Below are positions 9,293 through 19,371 of a stretch of DNA of 64,000 nt, one piece after another. The notes under the pieces are model-generated. The model searched no databases, had not been told where the DNA came from, and was given only the letters and a program-made list of their open reading frames with translations. Source of the stretch: an uncultured Candidatus Saccharibacteria bacterium (GTDB lineage: Bacteria; Patescibacteriota; Minisyncoccia; Minisyncoccales; CAYUYO01). The position numbers and the translations under genes were made by a program. The stretch is from NCBI GenBank assembly GCA_964449385.1, contig CAYUYO010000001.1, positions 36,720 to 100,719 on the forward strand, read 5' to 3'. Within the stretch, counting starts at the first letter, position 1; each line of letters opens with the position of its first letter.

Positions 9293-10556
9293 ATTCCCGC
9301 ATTTGCAATTGAGCGTTTATTTGCTTCACTGTTTCCAAAATTACAGCAACCACAATTAATAAAGCCGTTCCTCCAATTAAAAAGCTAAAAACCATTACTC
9401 CCGTTATTCCGCCAATAATTGACGGCATAACAGCAATCGTTCCCAAGAAAAGAGCACCGATTAACAAAACTCGATTTAAGATATAATACATGAAATTAGC
9501 CGTGCTTTCTCCCGGCCTGATTCCGGGAATAAATCCACCCATCTTCTTTAAATTAGTAGCAATAGCTTTTGGGTCAAAGGTAACAGCAGTATAAAAATAA
9601 GTAAAAAGAACAACTAATAAAAAATATGAGATTCCGTAAAACCAAGCATTCTCAAATAAATTTCCAATAGTTTGAGCAATATGTCCAATTGTTCCTCCAG
9701 CTCCTCCTAAAAAACCAGCAATCATACCTGGAAAAAGCATAATTGATAAAGCAAAAATTATTGGAATTACTCCAGCTGGGTTAACATTTAATGGTAAATA
9801 AGTGGAAACACCTCCATACATTTTCATTCCCCTTACTCTTTTAGCATAAGAAACAGGGATATTCCTGCGACCTTCATTAATCAAAACTACTCCGAAAATA
9901 ATAAACAAAGCCATGCCGAAAAAGAGTATATAGCTTGGCAGACGAGCCGGATCCCAAGTAACTAACATCTGTCGGACATTATTAGGAAAGTCAGCAATAA
10001 TTCCTGCAAAAATCATAAGAGAAACACCATTGCCAATTCCTTTTTCTGAAATCAGTTCTCCTAACCACATTAAAAATAAAGCTCCGGCAGTAATAGTTAA
10101 AATTGAAACAAGCAAAGCTATTGGCGACAAAACACCAATAGCTCCTTGACGTTGAAATAAACTAAGCATTGCATACCCCTGAAGAGCAGCTAATGGAACA
10201 GCAGCAATTCGGCAATATTGATTGAATTTTTGGCGGCCAGCTTCGCCTTCTTCTTTGTACATTTTTTCCAGTTGAGGAAAAATCATAGTCAATAATTGAA
10301 GAATAATCATAGCTGTAATATATGGACCTAATCCCAACATTACAATAGAAAGGTTATCTAATGCTCCGCCGGTAAACATATTTAAAAGACCAAACATTTG
10401 AAACTGATCAAAAAAACTTCTTAGATTTTCAGCATTAACTCCTGGCATGGGAATATTAGCCATTATGCGAAAAAGAGTAAAAGTACCTAAAACAAATAAT
10501 ATTTTGTTTCTTAAATCTCTGATCTTAAAAATTTGAATGATTTTGTTCAACCACAT
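9279..10556 (-). CDS. secY: preprotein translocase subunit SecY
   Basis: 425 aa polytopic membrane protein following rplO. Confidence 0.9.
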   Translation of the reverse strand: MWLNKIIQIFKIRDLRNKILFVLGTFTLFRIMANIPMPGVNAENLRSFFDQFQMFGLLNMFTGGALDNLSIVMLGLGPYITAMIILQLLTMIFPQLEKMYKEEGEAGRQKFNQYCRIAAVPLAALQGYAMLSLFQRQGAIGVLSPIALLVSILTITAGALFLMWLGELISEKGIGNGVSLMIFAGIIADFPNNVRQMLVTWDPARLPSYILFFGMALFIIFGVVLINEGRRNIPVSYAKRVRGMKMYGGVSTYLPLNVNPAGVIPIIFALSIMLFPGMIAGFLGGAGGTIGHIAQTIGNLFENAWFYGISYFLLVVLFTYFYTAVTFDPKAIATNLKKMGGFIPGIRPGESTANFMYYILNRVLLIGALFLGTIAVMPSIIGGITGVMVFSFLIGGTALLIVVAVILETVKQINAQLQMREYETF

Positions 10557-10557
10557 A

Positions 10558-11001
10558 TTATTTTATATTACCACCGGCTTTTTCTATTTTTTCTTTAGCT
10601 TGTTTTGAAAATTGACAATTTTCAATAATCAAAGCTTTTGTTAATTTTCCTTCTGCTAAAATTTTTACTTTAGGCAATTTCCCTTTTATTGTAGAAATTA
10701 TTTTTTTCTCAAGCAATACTTTAGGAGTTATTCTCTCTCCAGAATTAAATTTCTTTTCTAAAATATCCAAATTTAAAATAACAATTTCTGAATTTTGGTT
10801 TTTGACTTTTGGCTTAAATTTGTATCCTCTTAATTTTGGATACCTTTTTATTAAACCTCGAATAATCGGTTCGAATCTTCGCCCGGCTCGCGACCGTTGG
10901 CCCTTCATTCCTCGGCCCGAATAAGTTCCTTTCTTTCCTCCCCTACCTATTCTTTTCTTTGTCTTTAATTTATGTTTTGGTTTTAGTTGATGGAGTTGCA
11001 T
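10558..11001 (-). CDS. rplO: 50S ribosomal protein L15
   Basis: KTKKRIGRGGKKGTYSGRGMKGQRSRAG is typical of L15. It directly abuts rpsE with no rpmD between them. Confidence 0.9.
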   Translation of the reverse strand: MQLHQLKPKHKLKTKKRIGRGGKKGTYSGRGMKGQRSRAGRRFEPIIRGLIKRYPKLRGYKFKPKVKNQNSEIVILNLDILEKKFNSGERITPKVLLEKKIISTIKGKLPKVKILAEGKLTKALIIENCQFSKQAKEKIEKAGGNIK

Positions 11002-11467
11002 ATTTTAATTTTTTAAGCGCTATAATAGTAGCTCTTGCATTATTAAGTTTATTCCCGGTTCTACCTAAAATTTTAGACGAAATATTTTTTATCCCTACTA
11101 AGTTACAAATAACTCTTACGGTTCCACCAGCTACTAATCCTCTTCCTTTTCTTTGGGGTTTCAAAAGTACTCTAGCTGGACCAAACTTTGCATTAATTTC
11201 ATGGGAAATAGTATCCGAAACAATTGGAACATTAATTAAGTTCTTTTTAGCCAATTTGGTTGCTTTTTCAATTGCCTGAGCTACATCTGCTCCTTTAGCT
11301 ACTCCTAATCCAACTCTACCATTTTTATCTCCAATTATTATCACAGCTCTAAATCCTATCCTTCTCCCGCCAGCTCTGGTATGAGAAGTTCTTGCCAAAT
11401 CTAAAAGTTTTGATTCAAACTCCTGCTTTTTTTCCTCTTTATTTTTTTGAAAATTTCTTTTAAACAT
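10970..11467 (-). CDS. rpsE: 30S ribosomal protein S5
   Basis: dsRBD plus S5 C-terminal domain (GGRRIGFRAVIIIGDKNGRVGLG). Confidence 0.9.
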   Translation of the reverse strand: MFKRNFQKNKEEKKQEFESKLLDLARTSHTRAGGRRIGFRAVIIIGDKNGRVGLGVAKGADVAQAIEKATKLAKKNLINVPIVSDTISHEINAKFGPARVLLKPQRKGRGLVAGGTVRVICNLVGIKNISSKILGRTGNKLNNARATIIALKKLKYATPSTKTKT

Positions 11468-11468
11468 C

Positions 11469-11858
11469 TTAAAATTTTAATCCTTCTTCTCTTGCTTTAT
11501 CAGCTAAAGCTTTTATTCTACCATGATAAGCATAACCTGCTTTATCAAAAACAACTTTTTTAATTTTTTTCTTCAGGGCTTTCTCGGCAATTAATTTCCC
11601 AACTTCCTTAGCAATTTCAATTTTTGTTTTCTTGCCTTTAGATTTCATCTCTCGATCATCTGCTGCAGCTATTGTATGACCTTTTTCATCATCAATAAGT
11701 TGAGTATAAATATAATTTGCCGAGCGAAAAACACAAAGCCTGGGAATAGCTGCTGTTCCTTTTACTTTCGCCCTTACTCTTTTATGTCGTATGAATCTTT
11801 TTTCGCGTTTTATTTTAGTATCCATAAAATTACATTGAGGTAGTGGCTTTCTTTCCAA
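11469..11858 (-). CDS. rplR: 50S ribosomal protein L18
   Basis: 129 aa, [18 protein letters not shown]..., operon order. Confidence 0.88.
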   Translation of the reverse strand: MERKPLPQCNFMDTKIKREKRFIRHKRVRAKVKGTAAIPRLCVFRSANYIYTQLIDDEKGHTIAAADDREMKSKGKKTKIEIAKEVGKLIAEKALKKKIKKVVFDKAGYAYHGRIKALADKAREEGLKF

Positions 11859-12372
11859 CCTTCTTTTTAATTATTTCTCCTTGATATCTAATTCCTTTTC
11901 CCTTATAAGGTTCGGGAGGTTTAACTTTTTTTATTTTAGATGCAAAAAGACCAACTTTCTCTTTATCAATTCCTGAAACAATAATAATATTTTTTTCTAC
12001 TGAAAATTTTATACCCTGTGGCGCTTTTATTCTAACCAAGTGACTAAAACCAACAGATAAAACTATTTCTTCTCCTTCTATAGAAGCCTTAAAGCCTAAT
12101 CCTTGTATCTCTAATTTTTTTTCATAACCTTCGGTTGTCCCTAAAACCATATTAGCTATAAGGGCTCGGGTTAATCCCCAAAAAGCTTTAGTTTTTTTGG
12201 TTTCATCTTTAGGTGAAACCAAAATTTGATTTTCTTTAATCTCAACTTTAATTTCCGGCCGAATTTCCCGAAAAAGTTCACCTTTTGGTCCTTTAATAAC
12301 AATTTTTTGGCCTTCAATTTTAGCCTCTATATTTTCCGGTATTTGAATTGGTTTTTTACCTATACGACTCAT
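11830..12372 (-). CDS. rplF: 50S ribosomal protein L6
   Basis: Likely true start at [12 protein letters not shown] (conserved L6 N-terminus), downstream of the track's upstream Met. Confidence 0.88.
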   Translation of the reverse strand: MSRIGKKPIQIPENIEAKIEGQKIVIKGPKGELFREIRPEIKVEIKENQILVSPKDETKKTKAFWGLTRALIANMVLGTTEGYEKKLEIQGLGFKASIEGEEIVLSVGFSHLVRIKAPQGIKFSVEKNIIIVSGIDKEKVGLFASKIKKVKPPEPYKGKGIRYQGEIIKKKVGKKATTSM

Positions 12373-12373
12373 A

Positions 12374-12769
12374 TTATTTACAAATTTCACATAATACTTC
12401 TCCTCCCAATTTTTGTTTTCTGGCTTTTTTATCAGTCATAAGTCCTTTAGGAGTAGAAATTATAGCTATTCCATAACCACCTTTTATTGGTTTAAGCTCT
12501 TTAGCTTTTTTATAAATTCTCTGACCCGGCCTTGAAATTCTCTTCAGTTCATAAATTATCGGAGATTTATCTTTACTTTTTTTTAATGTAATTTCAATAA
12601 TTCTTTTTATTCCCCTTCCTTTTTTTTCAACTTTCATAATAAATTCTTCTTTCTCTAAAATTTTAGCAATTTCATATTTTAACTTAGAAAAAGGACACTC
12701 TAATGTATCTTTTAATACGGCTTGGGCATTTCTTATTCTATTTAATATGTCTGTTATTGGATCAGTCAT
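12374..12769 (-). CDS. rpsH: 30S ribosomal protein S8
   Basis: MTDPITDILNRIRNA is the S8 N-terminus. Confidence 0.9.
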   Translation of the reverse strand: MTDPITDILNRIRNAQAVLKDTLECPFSKLKYEIAKILEKEEFIMKVEKKGRGIKRIIEITLKKSKDKSPIIYELKRISRPGQRIYKKAKELKPIKGGYGIAIISTPKGLMTDKKARKQKLGGEVLCEICK

Positions 12770-12773
12770 AATT

Positions 12774-12959
12774 TTACCAGGAAGACTTTTTAATTCCAGG
12801 TATTTTCCCTTGATTTGCTAATTCTCTAAAACATATTCGGCATAAACCAAATTTGCGAAGATATCCTCTTTTTCTCCCACAGCGAAAACATCGTCTTACA
12901 ACTCGACTTTTGAATTTTGGTTCCCTTTTTGATTTAACAATTTGCGCTTTCGTAGTCAT
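12774..12959 (-). CDS. rpsN: 30S ribosomal protein S14, type Z (zinc-binding)
   Basis: 61 aa with [20 protein letters not shown]. Confidence 0.9.
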   Translation of the reverse strand: MTTKAQIVKSKREPKFKSRVVRRCFRCGRKRGYLRKFGLCRICFRELANQGKIPGIKKSSW

Positions 12960-12966
12960 AATAATA

Positions 12967-13527
12967 TCACTGCGTTTTTATCGGAAATCCCATTAATTTT
13001 AATAATTCCAGACCTTCTTCTCTTGTTTTTGCCATAGTCACCACAGTTATTTCTAAACCGAAAATAATCTTTGTTTTTTCCGGTAAAATTTCAGGAAAAG
13101 TAATATGTTCATTAATTCCAATGGTTAAATTTCCTTTTTTATCAATGGATTTTACATCTATTCCTCGAAAGTCTCTGGATCTCGGTAAAACAATATGAAT
13201 TAATCTTTCCAAAAAATCAAACATTAATTTTTTCCTTAAAGTAACGGCAGCTCCAATTATCATTCCTTCACGAGTTTTGAAAACAGCAATTGATTTCTTA
13301 GCTTTAGTCAGAACTGGCTTCTGTCCGCAGATTAAAGCTAAATCTTCTGAAATAGATTGGCAAATTTTTTTCTGTTCGTCTGAAGATTTATCAGAAATTA
13401 ACTTTCCAAAACCGGTATTAACTACCACTTTTTCAATTTTCGGAACAGCCATTTTACTTTTATAACCAAACTTCTTCATCATTTCAACAACTACTTCTTT
13501 TTCATATTTTTCAGGTAAATGTAACAT
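12967..13527 (-). CDS. rplE: 50S ribosomal protein L5
   Basis: 186 aa between S14 and L24. Confidence 0.88.
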   Translation of the reverse strand: MLHLPEKYEKEVVVEMMKKFGYKSKMAVPKIEKVVVNTGFGKLISDKSSDEQKKICQSISEDLALICGQKPVLTKAKKSIAVFKTREGMIIGAAVTLRKKLMFDFLERLIHIVLPRSRDFRGIDVKSIDKKGNLTIGINEHITFPEILPEKTKIIFGLEITVVTMAKTREEGLELLKLMGFPIKTQ

Positions 13528-13534
13528 ATTTATT

Positions 13535-13840
13535 TTATACTTCCTGCTGACATTTTTTACAAATTCTATGTTTTTTCTTTTCGACTATTTTATAACCTAT
13601 CCTTGTTGCCTTACCACACTTTGGACAAATCAGTTTAATATTAGAAATATCAATAGGACCGGGCATCTCAACAATCTGGCCTTTTTCTCCTGTTTTTTTT
13701 GGCTTCTGGTGTTTTTTTCTTAAATTAACTCCTTCTATTAAAACTCGCTTTCTCTCTGGAAAAACTTCTAAAACCTTACCTTTCTTTCCTTTACTTTTTC
13801 CTGAAATTATTAAAACTGTATCGTCTTTATGTATTTTCAT
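13535..13840 (-). CDS. rplX: 50S ribosomal protein L24 (variant with C-terminal CxxC...CxxC)
   Basis: KOW motif MKIHKDDTVLIISGKSKGKKGKV. The C-terminus is LICPKCGKATRIGYKIVEKKKHRICKKCQQEV, with 4 Cys where Bacillus L24 has DPKTGEV...AKKSGQ. Confidence 0.85.
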   Translation of the reverse strand: MKIHKDDTVLIISGKSKGKKGKVLEVFPERKRVLIEGVNLRKKHQKPKKTGEKGQIVEMPGPIDISNIKLICPKCGKATRIGYKIVEKKKHRICKKCQQEV

Positions 13841-13845
13841 CTTAT

Positions 13846-14217
13846 TTATACAAGTTCTTCGGCTAAATTAGCTATTTTATTAAATCCCTTTTCCCTGATT
13901 TCTCGCGGTATTGGACCTAAAATTCTTCCTCCTTTTGGCTCTTTTGTTTTTCCTTCTAAAATTACACAAGCATTATCGTCAAAGCGAATATAGGAACCAT
14001 CTTTCCTTCGAAAAGCTCTCCTTTGTCTGACAATCACTGCTTGTACTATTTCATGTTTTTTAACTAACCTTCTCGGTTCTGCTTCTTTTACCGTAGCTAC
14101 AATACATTCTCCAATCTGAGAATATCTTTTACGAGTACTGCCTAAAACTCGAAAGCATTGAACAATTTTTGCTCCGGTATTATCAATTACTTTTAACATT
14201 GTTTGTGGTTGGATCAT
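13846..14217 (-). CDS. rplN: 50S ribosomal protein L14
   Basis: MIQPQTMLKVIDNTGAK; start taken at the internal Met matching the L14 N-terminus. Confidence 0.88.
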   Translation of the reverse strand: MIQPQTMLKVIDNTGAKIVQCFRVLGSTRKRYSQIGECIVATVKEAEPRRLVKKHEIVQAVIVRQRRAFRRKDGSYIRFDDNACVILEGKTKEPKGGRILGPIPREIREKGFNKIANLAEELV

Positions 14218-14444
14218 ATTTTTTTTATTACTTTCCACCGTTTATCTCTGCTTATCGGTCGGCATTCTTCAATAACCACCATATCGCCTATTTTATATTC
14301 CTCTTTTTCAAAATGAGCTTTATATTTGTTATGAAACTTATATCTCCTTTTATATTTAGGATGTTCTTTTATGGTTTCAACTTTAACTACAACCGTTTTA
14401 GGCATTTTATCAGAAATAATTTTTCCAGTTAATTGTTTTTTCAT
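14214..14444 (-). CDS. rpsQ: 30S ribosomal protein S17
   Basis: 76 aa, GKIISDKMPKTVVVKVE. Confidence 0.88.
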   Translation of the reverse strand: MKKQLTGKIISDKMPKTVVVKVETIKEHPKYKRRYKFHNKYKAHFEKEEYKIGDMVVIEECRPISRDKRWKVIKKI

Positions 14445-14620
14445 TTTTTTGATATTGTCATTATTCTTGCAATGTCTTTTTTAATATTCCTAATCTCTTT
14501 AACATTTTTAACTTTTCCAGCTGCTAAGTCAAAATATAAAACTCGTAATTTCTCTTCTTTACTATTTAAGAGTTTCTTTAATTCTGCTTTGGATTTTTGT
14601 CTTAATTCTGCTACTTTCAT
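14441..14620 (-). CDS. rpmC: 50S ribosomal protein L29
   Basis: Not in the ORF track. Hand translation gives [59 protein letters not shown] (59 aa), between rplP and rpsQ. Its stop overlaps the rpsQ ATG (ATGA). Confidence 0.85.
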   Translation of the reverse strand: MKVAELRQKSKAELKKLLNSKEEKLRVLYFDLAAGKVKNVKEIRNIKKDIARIMTISKK

Positions 14621-15027
14621 TTTTTAACAAATTTTGTTCTTATTGGCAACTTATCGGCAGCTTTTTTGAAAGCATCCTTGGCTATTTCTTCTTTTATTCC
14701 TTCAAGTTCAAAAATAATTCTGCCTGGCTTAATAGGAAAAGCATAATGGTCAACCGAACCTTTTCCTCCGCCCATTGGCACTTCTGTTCCTTTTCTGGTT
14801 ATGGGTTTGTCAGGAAAAATTCTAATCCAAAGTTTTCCTCCTCGCTTCAAATATCTAATAATCGCTCTTCTACTGGCTTCAAGTTGTCTGGCAGAAATCC
14901 AACAGCTACCCAATGATTTTAAGCCAAAAGAGCCAAAAGCAATTTCGGTTCCCCGAAAAGATTTCCCTTTTGACCTTCCTTTTCTCCATTTTCGATGTTT
15001 TACTTTTTTCGGCATTAATATTGGCAT
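14617..15027 (-). CDS. rplP: 50S ribosomal protein L16
   Basis: 136 aa, [25 protein letters not shown]. Confidence 0.9.
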   Translation of the reverse strand: MPILMPKKVKHRKWRKGRSKGKSFRGTEIAFGSFGLKSLGSCWISARQLEASRRAIIRYLKRGGKLWIRIFPDKPITRKGTEVPMGGGKGSVDHYAFPIKPGRIIFELEGIKEEIAKDAFKKAADKLPIRTKFVKK

Positions 15028-15031
15028 AAAA

Positions 15032-15718
15032 TTAAAACTTTTCTCCTTTGTATATCCAAACCTTTATTCCAATTACTCCATAAGTACAATGAGCTTCAGT
15101 AAGAGCATAATCTATTTCCGCTCTAATAGTCTGGCGAGGCATTTTGCCTTCTTTTAATAATATTCTCCTGGCAATTTCCGCTCCACCCAATCGTCCGGAT
15201 ATTTCTAACCGGCATCCCTTTGTTTCTCTGGAAGATAAAATTTTACTTAAAGCTTGTTTTAAAGCCCGCCTTGGATGAATTCTCCTTTCAATTTGTTGAG
15301 CAATCCATTGACCGGCTAAAGAAGCCGAAGACCACGGATCTTTAATCTCTTTAATTTCCAATCTTATTTCTCGTTTGTCTTCTTCAGTTACCTGAGCATT
15401 AGCGAAGGATGAAGCTTTAGCTTTATCTCCTAGTTTAAGTTTATTAATTAACTCTTTTTTCAACATCTCAACTCCCTCTCCCCCTCTTCCAATAATTAAA
15501 CCGGGCCTTGCGGAAGAAATTATAATATTTGTTTTTCTTGGAAATCTTTCAATTTCAATTTTTTCTATTCCTATTTTTCCTAATTTTTTTTCTAAGAAGT
15601 TTCTTATTTTTAAATCTTCTTCTAGATATTGAGGAAATTTCTTACGATAAAAACCCCTGGAATCCCAGTCATTTATCTCTTTTAATCTAAATATTTTTGG
15701 ATGGACTCTATGTGACAT
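15032..15718 (-). CDS. rpsC: 30S ribosomal protein S3
   Basis: KH domain plus S3 C-terminal domain, 228 aa. Confidence 0.9.
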   Translation of the reverse strand: MSHRVHPKIFRLKEINDWDSRGFYRKKFPQYLEEDLKIRNFLEKKLGKIGIEKIEIERFPRKTNIIISSARPGLIIGRGGEGVEMLKKELINKLKLGDKAKASSFANAQVTEEDKREIRLEIKEIKDPWSSASLAGQWIAQQIERRIHPRRALKQALSKILSSRETKGCRLEISGRLGGAEIARRILLKEGKMPRQTIRAEIDYALTEAHCTYGVIGIKVWIYKGEKF

Positions 15719-15719
15719 A

Positions 15720-16229
15720 TTAAAATGCTTTTCGTCTAAATATTCTTTTTAATCCTCTTTCAATTTTTGGTTTTTTTATTTTCGTTTCCGGTTTTAATTT
15801 AGGTTTCTCAACTTTAATTGTTTTTTCTATTTTTTTAACTTTTGCCGGTTTTTCTATCTTCTTAATTTTCTTTATTTTATGAGAAGTTCCTTTTATAAGT
15901 TCATCAAGAACTATGGTAATATGAGAAGTTTTCTTCTGGATTTGTTCAGCTTTACCACGAGAGCGAGCTCGCCATCTTTTGTACTTTGGACCCTCATCAA
16001 CTAAAATTTTAGTGATAAAAAGATTTGATTCATTTAATTGAAAATTATTTTTAGCATTAGCTATTGCTTGTTTTAAGAGTTTCAATAAAGGAAGAGAAGC
16101 TTTTTTGATTGTAAAATTTAAAATATTTTGAGCTTCCTCAATTTTTTTTCCACGAATTAAATTCGCAACTAGCCTCACTTTTCGTGAAGCAATTTTTAAA
16201 TAACGCAATTTAGCAGTAACAGTTACCAT
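15720..16229 (-). CDS. rplV: 50S ribosomal protein L22 with Lys-rich C-terminal extension
   Basis: L22 core VTAKLRYLKIASRKVRLVANLIRGK. Start placed at the Met just after the rpsS stop; the track ORF extends further upstream into rpsS. Confidence 0.8.
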   Translation of the reverse strand: MVTVTAKLRYLKIASRKVRLVANLIRGKKIEEAQNILNFTIKKASLPLLKLLKQAIANAKNNFQLNESNLFITKILVDEGPKYKRWRARSRGKAEQIQKKTSHITIVLDELIKGTSHKIKKIKKIEKPAKVKKIEKTIKVEKPKLKPETKIKKPKIERGLKRIFRRKAF

Positions 16230-16230
16230 A

Positions 16231-16530
16231 TTATTTAGTAGTAGTAGTTGTCTTTTGTTCCATTTCTCTTTGCATTCTTCCTCCATGTCGGGAAAATTTC
16301 GTAGTAGGAGAAAATTCTCCAAGACGATGTCCAACCATTTCTTCGGTAGCTTGAACCGTTATAAACTCCCGACCGTTATGAACGCCAAAAGTAAAACCAA
16401 TCATTTCTGGACAAATTGTACAGTTTCTTGACCAGGTTTTAATAATTTCTTTCTGACCAGGTTTTAATTTCTTAATCTTTTTTAATAATTTTTCGTCCAA
16501 ATAAGGACCTTTTTTTAAACTTCTAGACAT
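16231..16530 (-). CDS. rpsS: 30S ribosomal protein S19
   Basis: [19 protein letters not shown]...[10 protein letters not shown]. Confidence 0.9.
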   Translation of the reverse strand: MSRSLKKGPYLDEKLLKKIKKLKPGQKEIIKTWSRNCTICPEMIGFTFGVHNGREFITVQATEEMVGHRLGEFSPTTKFSRHGGRMQREMEQKTTTTTK

Positions 16531-16533
16531 AAT

Positions 16534-17325
16534 TTATTTTTTCCTTTTCTTTTTCTTTCTTCTTTTAATAATAAGCTTATTTGTCCATTTATTTTTCTTT
16601 CGCGTTTTCACTCCTAAAGCCGGTTTTCCCCAAGGAGTTTTCGGATATTTTAATCCAATTGAACTTCTTCCTTCTCCTCCTCCGTGAGGATGGTCAACAG
16701 GATTCATTGCTATACCACGAACAACTGGCCGCCAACCCTTTAGTCTTTTTCTACCAGCTTTTCCCATCTTTTCAAAATGATATTCAGTTCTACATACTTG
16801 ACCGATTGTAGCATAACATTCTTGGGAAACTTTTCTAACTTCTGAAGAAGGCATATCTAAAAGACAGAAGGTTTCTTCCTGTGCTAATATTTTAGCTGAA
16901 GTACCAGCTCCCTTCACTAATTTTCCCCCTCTTCCTTGCTCTAATTCAATATTAAACACCTCTGTCCCAACTGGAATATTTTTTAATCTCATTCGATTGC
17001 CGATTTTAATTTCTGCTTTTTCTGAAATTATTACTTCGTCTCCAATTTTTAAATCTTTAGCAGCTATCCTATACCGTTTCTCTTTGTTTTGATATTCCAA
17101 AAGACAAAGAAAAGCTGTACGGTTTGGGTCATATTCAATAGCTATAACTTTAGCTGGAATATCTATTAAAATTTCTCCAAAATCAACAGTTCTATAGCAT
17201 TTTCTTGATCCTCCTCCTCTATGACGTACAGTTATACGGCCTGCAAAATTTCTACCAGCTCTTTTTTTAAGAGATATAAGTAATTTTCTTTCCGGTTTTT
17301 TTTTAGTTAATATTTTATATTTCAT
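16534..17325 (-). CDS. rplB: 50S ribosomal protein L2
   Basis: 263 aa; the L2 GGGSRKCYR-type region and the NPVDHPHGGGEG motif are present. Confidence 0.92.
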   Translation of the reverse strand: MKYKILTKKKPERKLLISLKKRAGRNFAGRITVRHRGGGSRKCYRTVDFGEILIDIPAKVIAIEYDPNRTAFLCLLEYQNKEKRYRIAAKDLKIGDEVIISEKAEIKIGNRMRLKNIPVGTEVFNIELEQGRGGKLVKGAGTSAKILAQEETFCLLDMPSSEVRKVSQECYATIGQVCRTEYHFEKMGKAGRKRLKGWRPVVRGIAMNPVDHPHGGGEGRSSIGLKYPKTPWGKPALGVKTRKKNKWTNKLIIKRRKKKKRKK

Positions 17326-17345
17326 TTATCAAAATAAATTCTTAA

Positions 17346-17630
17346 TTATCTTGGTAATACTTCTATCTTTTGTCCTTCTTTAATTTTAACAACAGCTTTT
17401 TTATAACTCTTTCTGAATCCGGATTTTTTTCCTAATCTTCTTTTCTTTCTTGGAATTTTAATAATATTCACTGCTACAACACTAACTCCGTAAATATCCT
17501 CAACTGCTTTTTTAATTTCCGGTTTATTCGTCCTTGACCAAACTTTAAAAACATACTGATTTTTTTTAACCAAATCGGTTGCTTTTTCTGTAACCTGAGG
17601 AGCTTTTAAAATTTTATATACTTGACTCAT
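17346..17630 (-). CDS. rplW: 50S ribosomal protein L23
   Basis: 94 aa, APQVTEKATDLVKKNQYVFKV. Confidence 0.88.
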   Translation of the reverse strand: MSQVYKILKAPQVTEKATDLVKKNQYVFKVWSRTNKPEIKKAVEDIYGVSVVAVNIIKIPRKKRRLGKKSGFRKSYKKAVVKIKEGQKIEVLPR

Positions 17631-17631
17631 T

Positions 17632-18282
17632 TTATTTTAGAAATGTTTCTTTTATTACTTTTAACGATCCTTTGGCTATTATTAAATATTTAAAAGAAAG
17701 TAAATCCAAAGCGTTTAAGTCTTTTGCTTGGATAGTTTTAATTCCGGAAAGATTTTTAGTAGCCAAAATAACATCTTTTTTCAATTCATCTAAAACAATT
17801 AAGCAAGAACCCTTTTCAGAAAAAATCTTTGTTTTTAATTTCCAATTTTTAATTATTTCAGCTAAAATTTTAGTTTTTGGTTTTTCAATATTAATTTTAT
17901 CAAAAATTAAAGTTAAATTATTTTTAACTTTAGATGATAAAATCATAAATAGGGCTTTTCTTTGCATTTTTTTATTAAGCTTTTTTTTAAAAACTCTTTC
18001 TTTGGTTGGCCCAAAAGTTACTCCTCCTCCGCGCCACAAAGGAGAACGATTAGAGCCCACTCTTGCTCTACCTGTTCCTTTTTGCCGCCAAGGTTTTTTT
18101 CCACCACCGCTTACTTCTCCTCTTCCCTTGGTATGAGCTATTCGTTTTCTCCGATTAGCCATTTGAGAAGTCACAATTTGATAAACTAAATCAGGATTAA
18201 CAGCAACCTCAAAAATCTCTTTTGACAATAAAGTTGTCCCAACCTCTTCTCCTTTTTGATTATAAATCGGTATTTTTAACAT
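17632..18282 (-). CDS. rplD: 50S ribosomal protein L4
   Basis: 216 aa, GRGEVSGGGKKPWRQKGTGRARVGS. Confidence 0.9.
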   Translation of the reverse strand: MLKIPIYNQKGEEVGTTLLSKEIFEVAVNPDLVYQIVTSQMANRRKRIAHTKGRGEVSGGGKKPWRQKGTGRARVGSNRSPLWRGGGVTFGPTKERVFKKKLNKKMQRKALFMILSSKVKNNLTLIFDKINIEKPKTKILAEIIKNWKLKTKIFSEKGSCLIVLDELKKDVILATKNLSGIKTIQAKDLNALDLLSFKYLIIAKGSLKVIKETFLK

Positions 18283-18915
18283 TTAAGAATTTGAAATTTC
18301 AAGAAGTGTTCCTTTTCTTCCTGGAACAGCTCCTTTTATCACTAATAAATTATTTTCTTTGTCTATTTTTACAATTTTTAAATTTTTAACTGTTACCCTC
18401 TCTGCTCCCATACGACCCGGCATCTTTCTTCCTTTAATTACCCTTTCCGGATAAGCACTACCTACTGAACCTAAAGTTCGTTCTTCGTGTTTTACTCCAT
18501 GAGTAGCATTTCTTCCATGAAATCCCCATCTTTTAACTCCTCCTTGAAAACCTTTTCCTTTAGAAATTCCGCTTACTTTTACTTTGTCTCCTTTTTGAAA
18601 AATAGAAGTATTAATTTCGTCACCAACTTTATATTTGGCTTCGTCATCCGATAAATTACTAAATTCTCTAAGATATTTAAATTCTTTTCCTTTTTCTGTT
18701 TTTTTAATTTTTTTCTTTTTTGGTAAAAAACCAATTTGAATAGCTTCATAACCATCTTTCTCTTTAGTTTTTATTTGACTAATTTTACACGGTCCTGCCG
18801 TAATCAAAGTCAAGGGAATTACTTCTCTTTTTTCATTAAACATTTGAGACATTCCAATTTTTAAACCAAGAATAAATTTTGTCATCGAATTTAATAATAA
18901 TTTAAAACCGGGCAT
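18283..18915 (-). CDS. rplC: 50S ribosomal protein L3
   Basis: 210 aa, GMSQMFNEKREVIPLTLITAGPC...GKGFQG. Confidence 0.9.
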   Translation of the reverse strand: MPGFKLLLNSMTKFILGLKIGMSQMFNEKREVIPLTLITAGPCKISQIKTKEKDGYEAIQIGFLPKKKKIKKTEKGKEFKYLREFSNLSDDEAKYKVGDEINTSIFQKGDKVKVSGISKGKGFQGGVKRWGFHGRNATHGVKHEERTLGSVGSAYPERVIKGRKMPGRMGAERVTVKNLKIVKIDKENNLLVIKGAVPGRKGTLLEISNS

Positions 18916-19036
18916 AGCCCGGCTCTAATCCGTGACTATTAAATTAAGATTTAAATTCTTAAAAAATTAATTTCAACATTTTAATTATAGAACAAAAACT
19001 TATCTTTGTAAACCGAGTTTCCACACTTACCGATAT

Positions 19037-19363
19037 TTACATTTTTATTTCTATTTCTACACCGGCTGGCAAAGTTAAATTCATCAAGGCATCAATCAAT
19101 TTCGGATTTGGAGTCAAAATATCAATCAATCTTTTATGGGTTCTCATTTCAAATTGTTCCCGACTGTCTTTATGAACAAACGAGGAGCGATTAACAGTAT
19201 ATTTATGAGTTTCAGTTGGTAATGGCACAGGGCCGGAAACTTCTATTCCGTAACGCAAAGCTGTTTCAATAATCTGTTTAGCAGAATTATCAATTACCTT
19301 GCTATCATAAGCCCGTAGCTTTATACGGATTTTCGGTTTTACTTCAAGATCCTCTTTTGTCAT
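19037..19363 (-). CDS. rpsJ: 30S ribosomal protein S10
   Basis: 108 aa, [24 protein letters not shown]. Confidence 0.9.
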   Translation of the reverse strand: MTKEDLEVKPKIRIKLRAYDSKVIDNSAKQIIETALRYGIEVSGPVPLPTETHKYTVNRSSFVHKDSREQFEMRTHKRLIDILTPNPKLIDALMNLTLPAGVEIEIKM

Positions 19364-19371
19364 TTGGACTT

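Noticed and set aside
8705-9359. Plus-strand ORFs (89 and 204 aa) antisense to adk/secY
   Set aside because: Low-complexity, Ser/Leu/Phe-rich translations typical of the antisense of AT-rich coding DNA. The opposite strand encodes well-conserved Adk and SecY.
10958-11005. Possible missed rpmD (L30) ORF between rpsE and rplO
   Set aside because: rpsE and rplO overlap/abut directly, leaving no room. Absence of L30 is consistent with the CPR-like character rather than a missed call.
17672-18189. Plus-strand ORFs (154 and 75 aa) inside rplD
   Set aside because: Antisense to a clearly conserved L4; no motifs.
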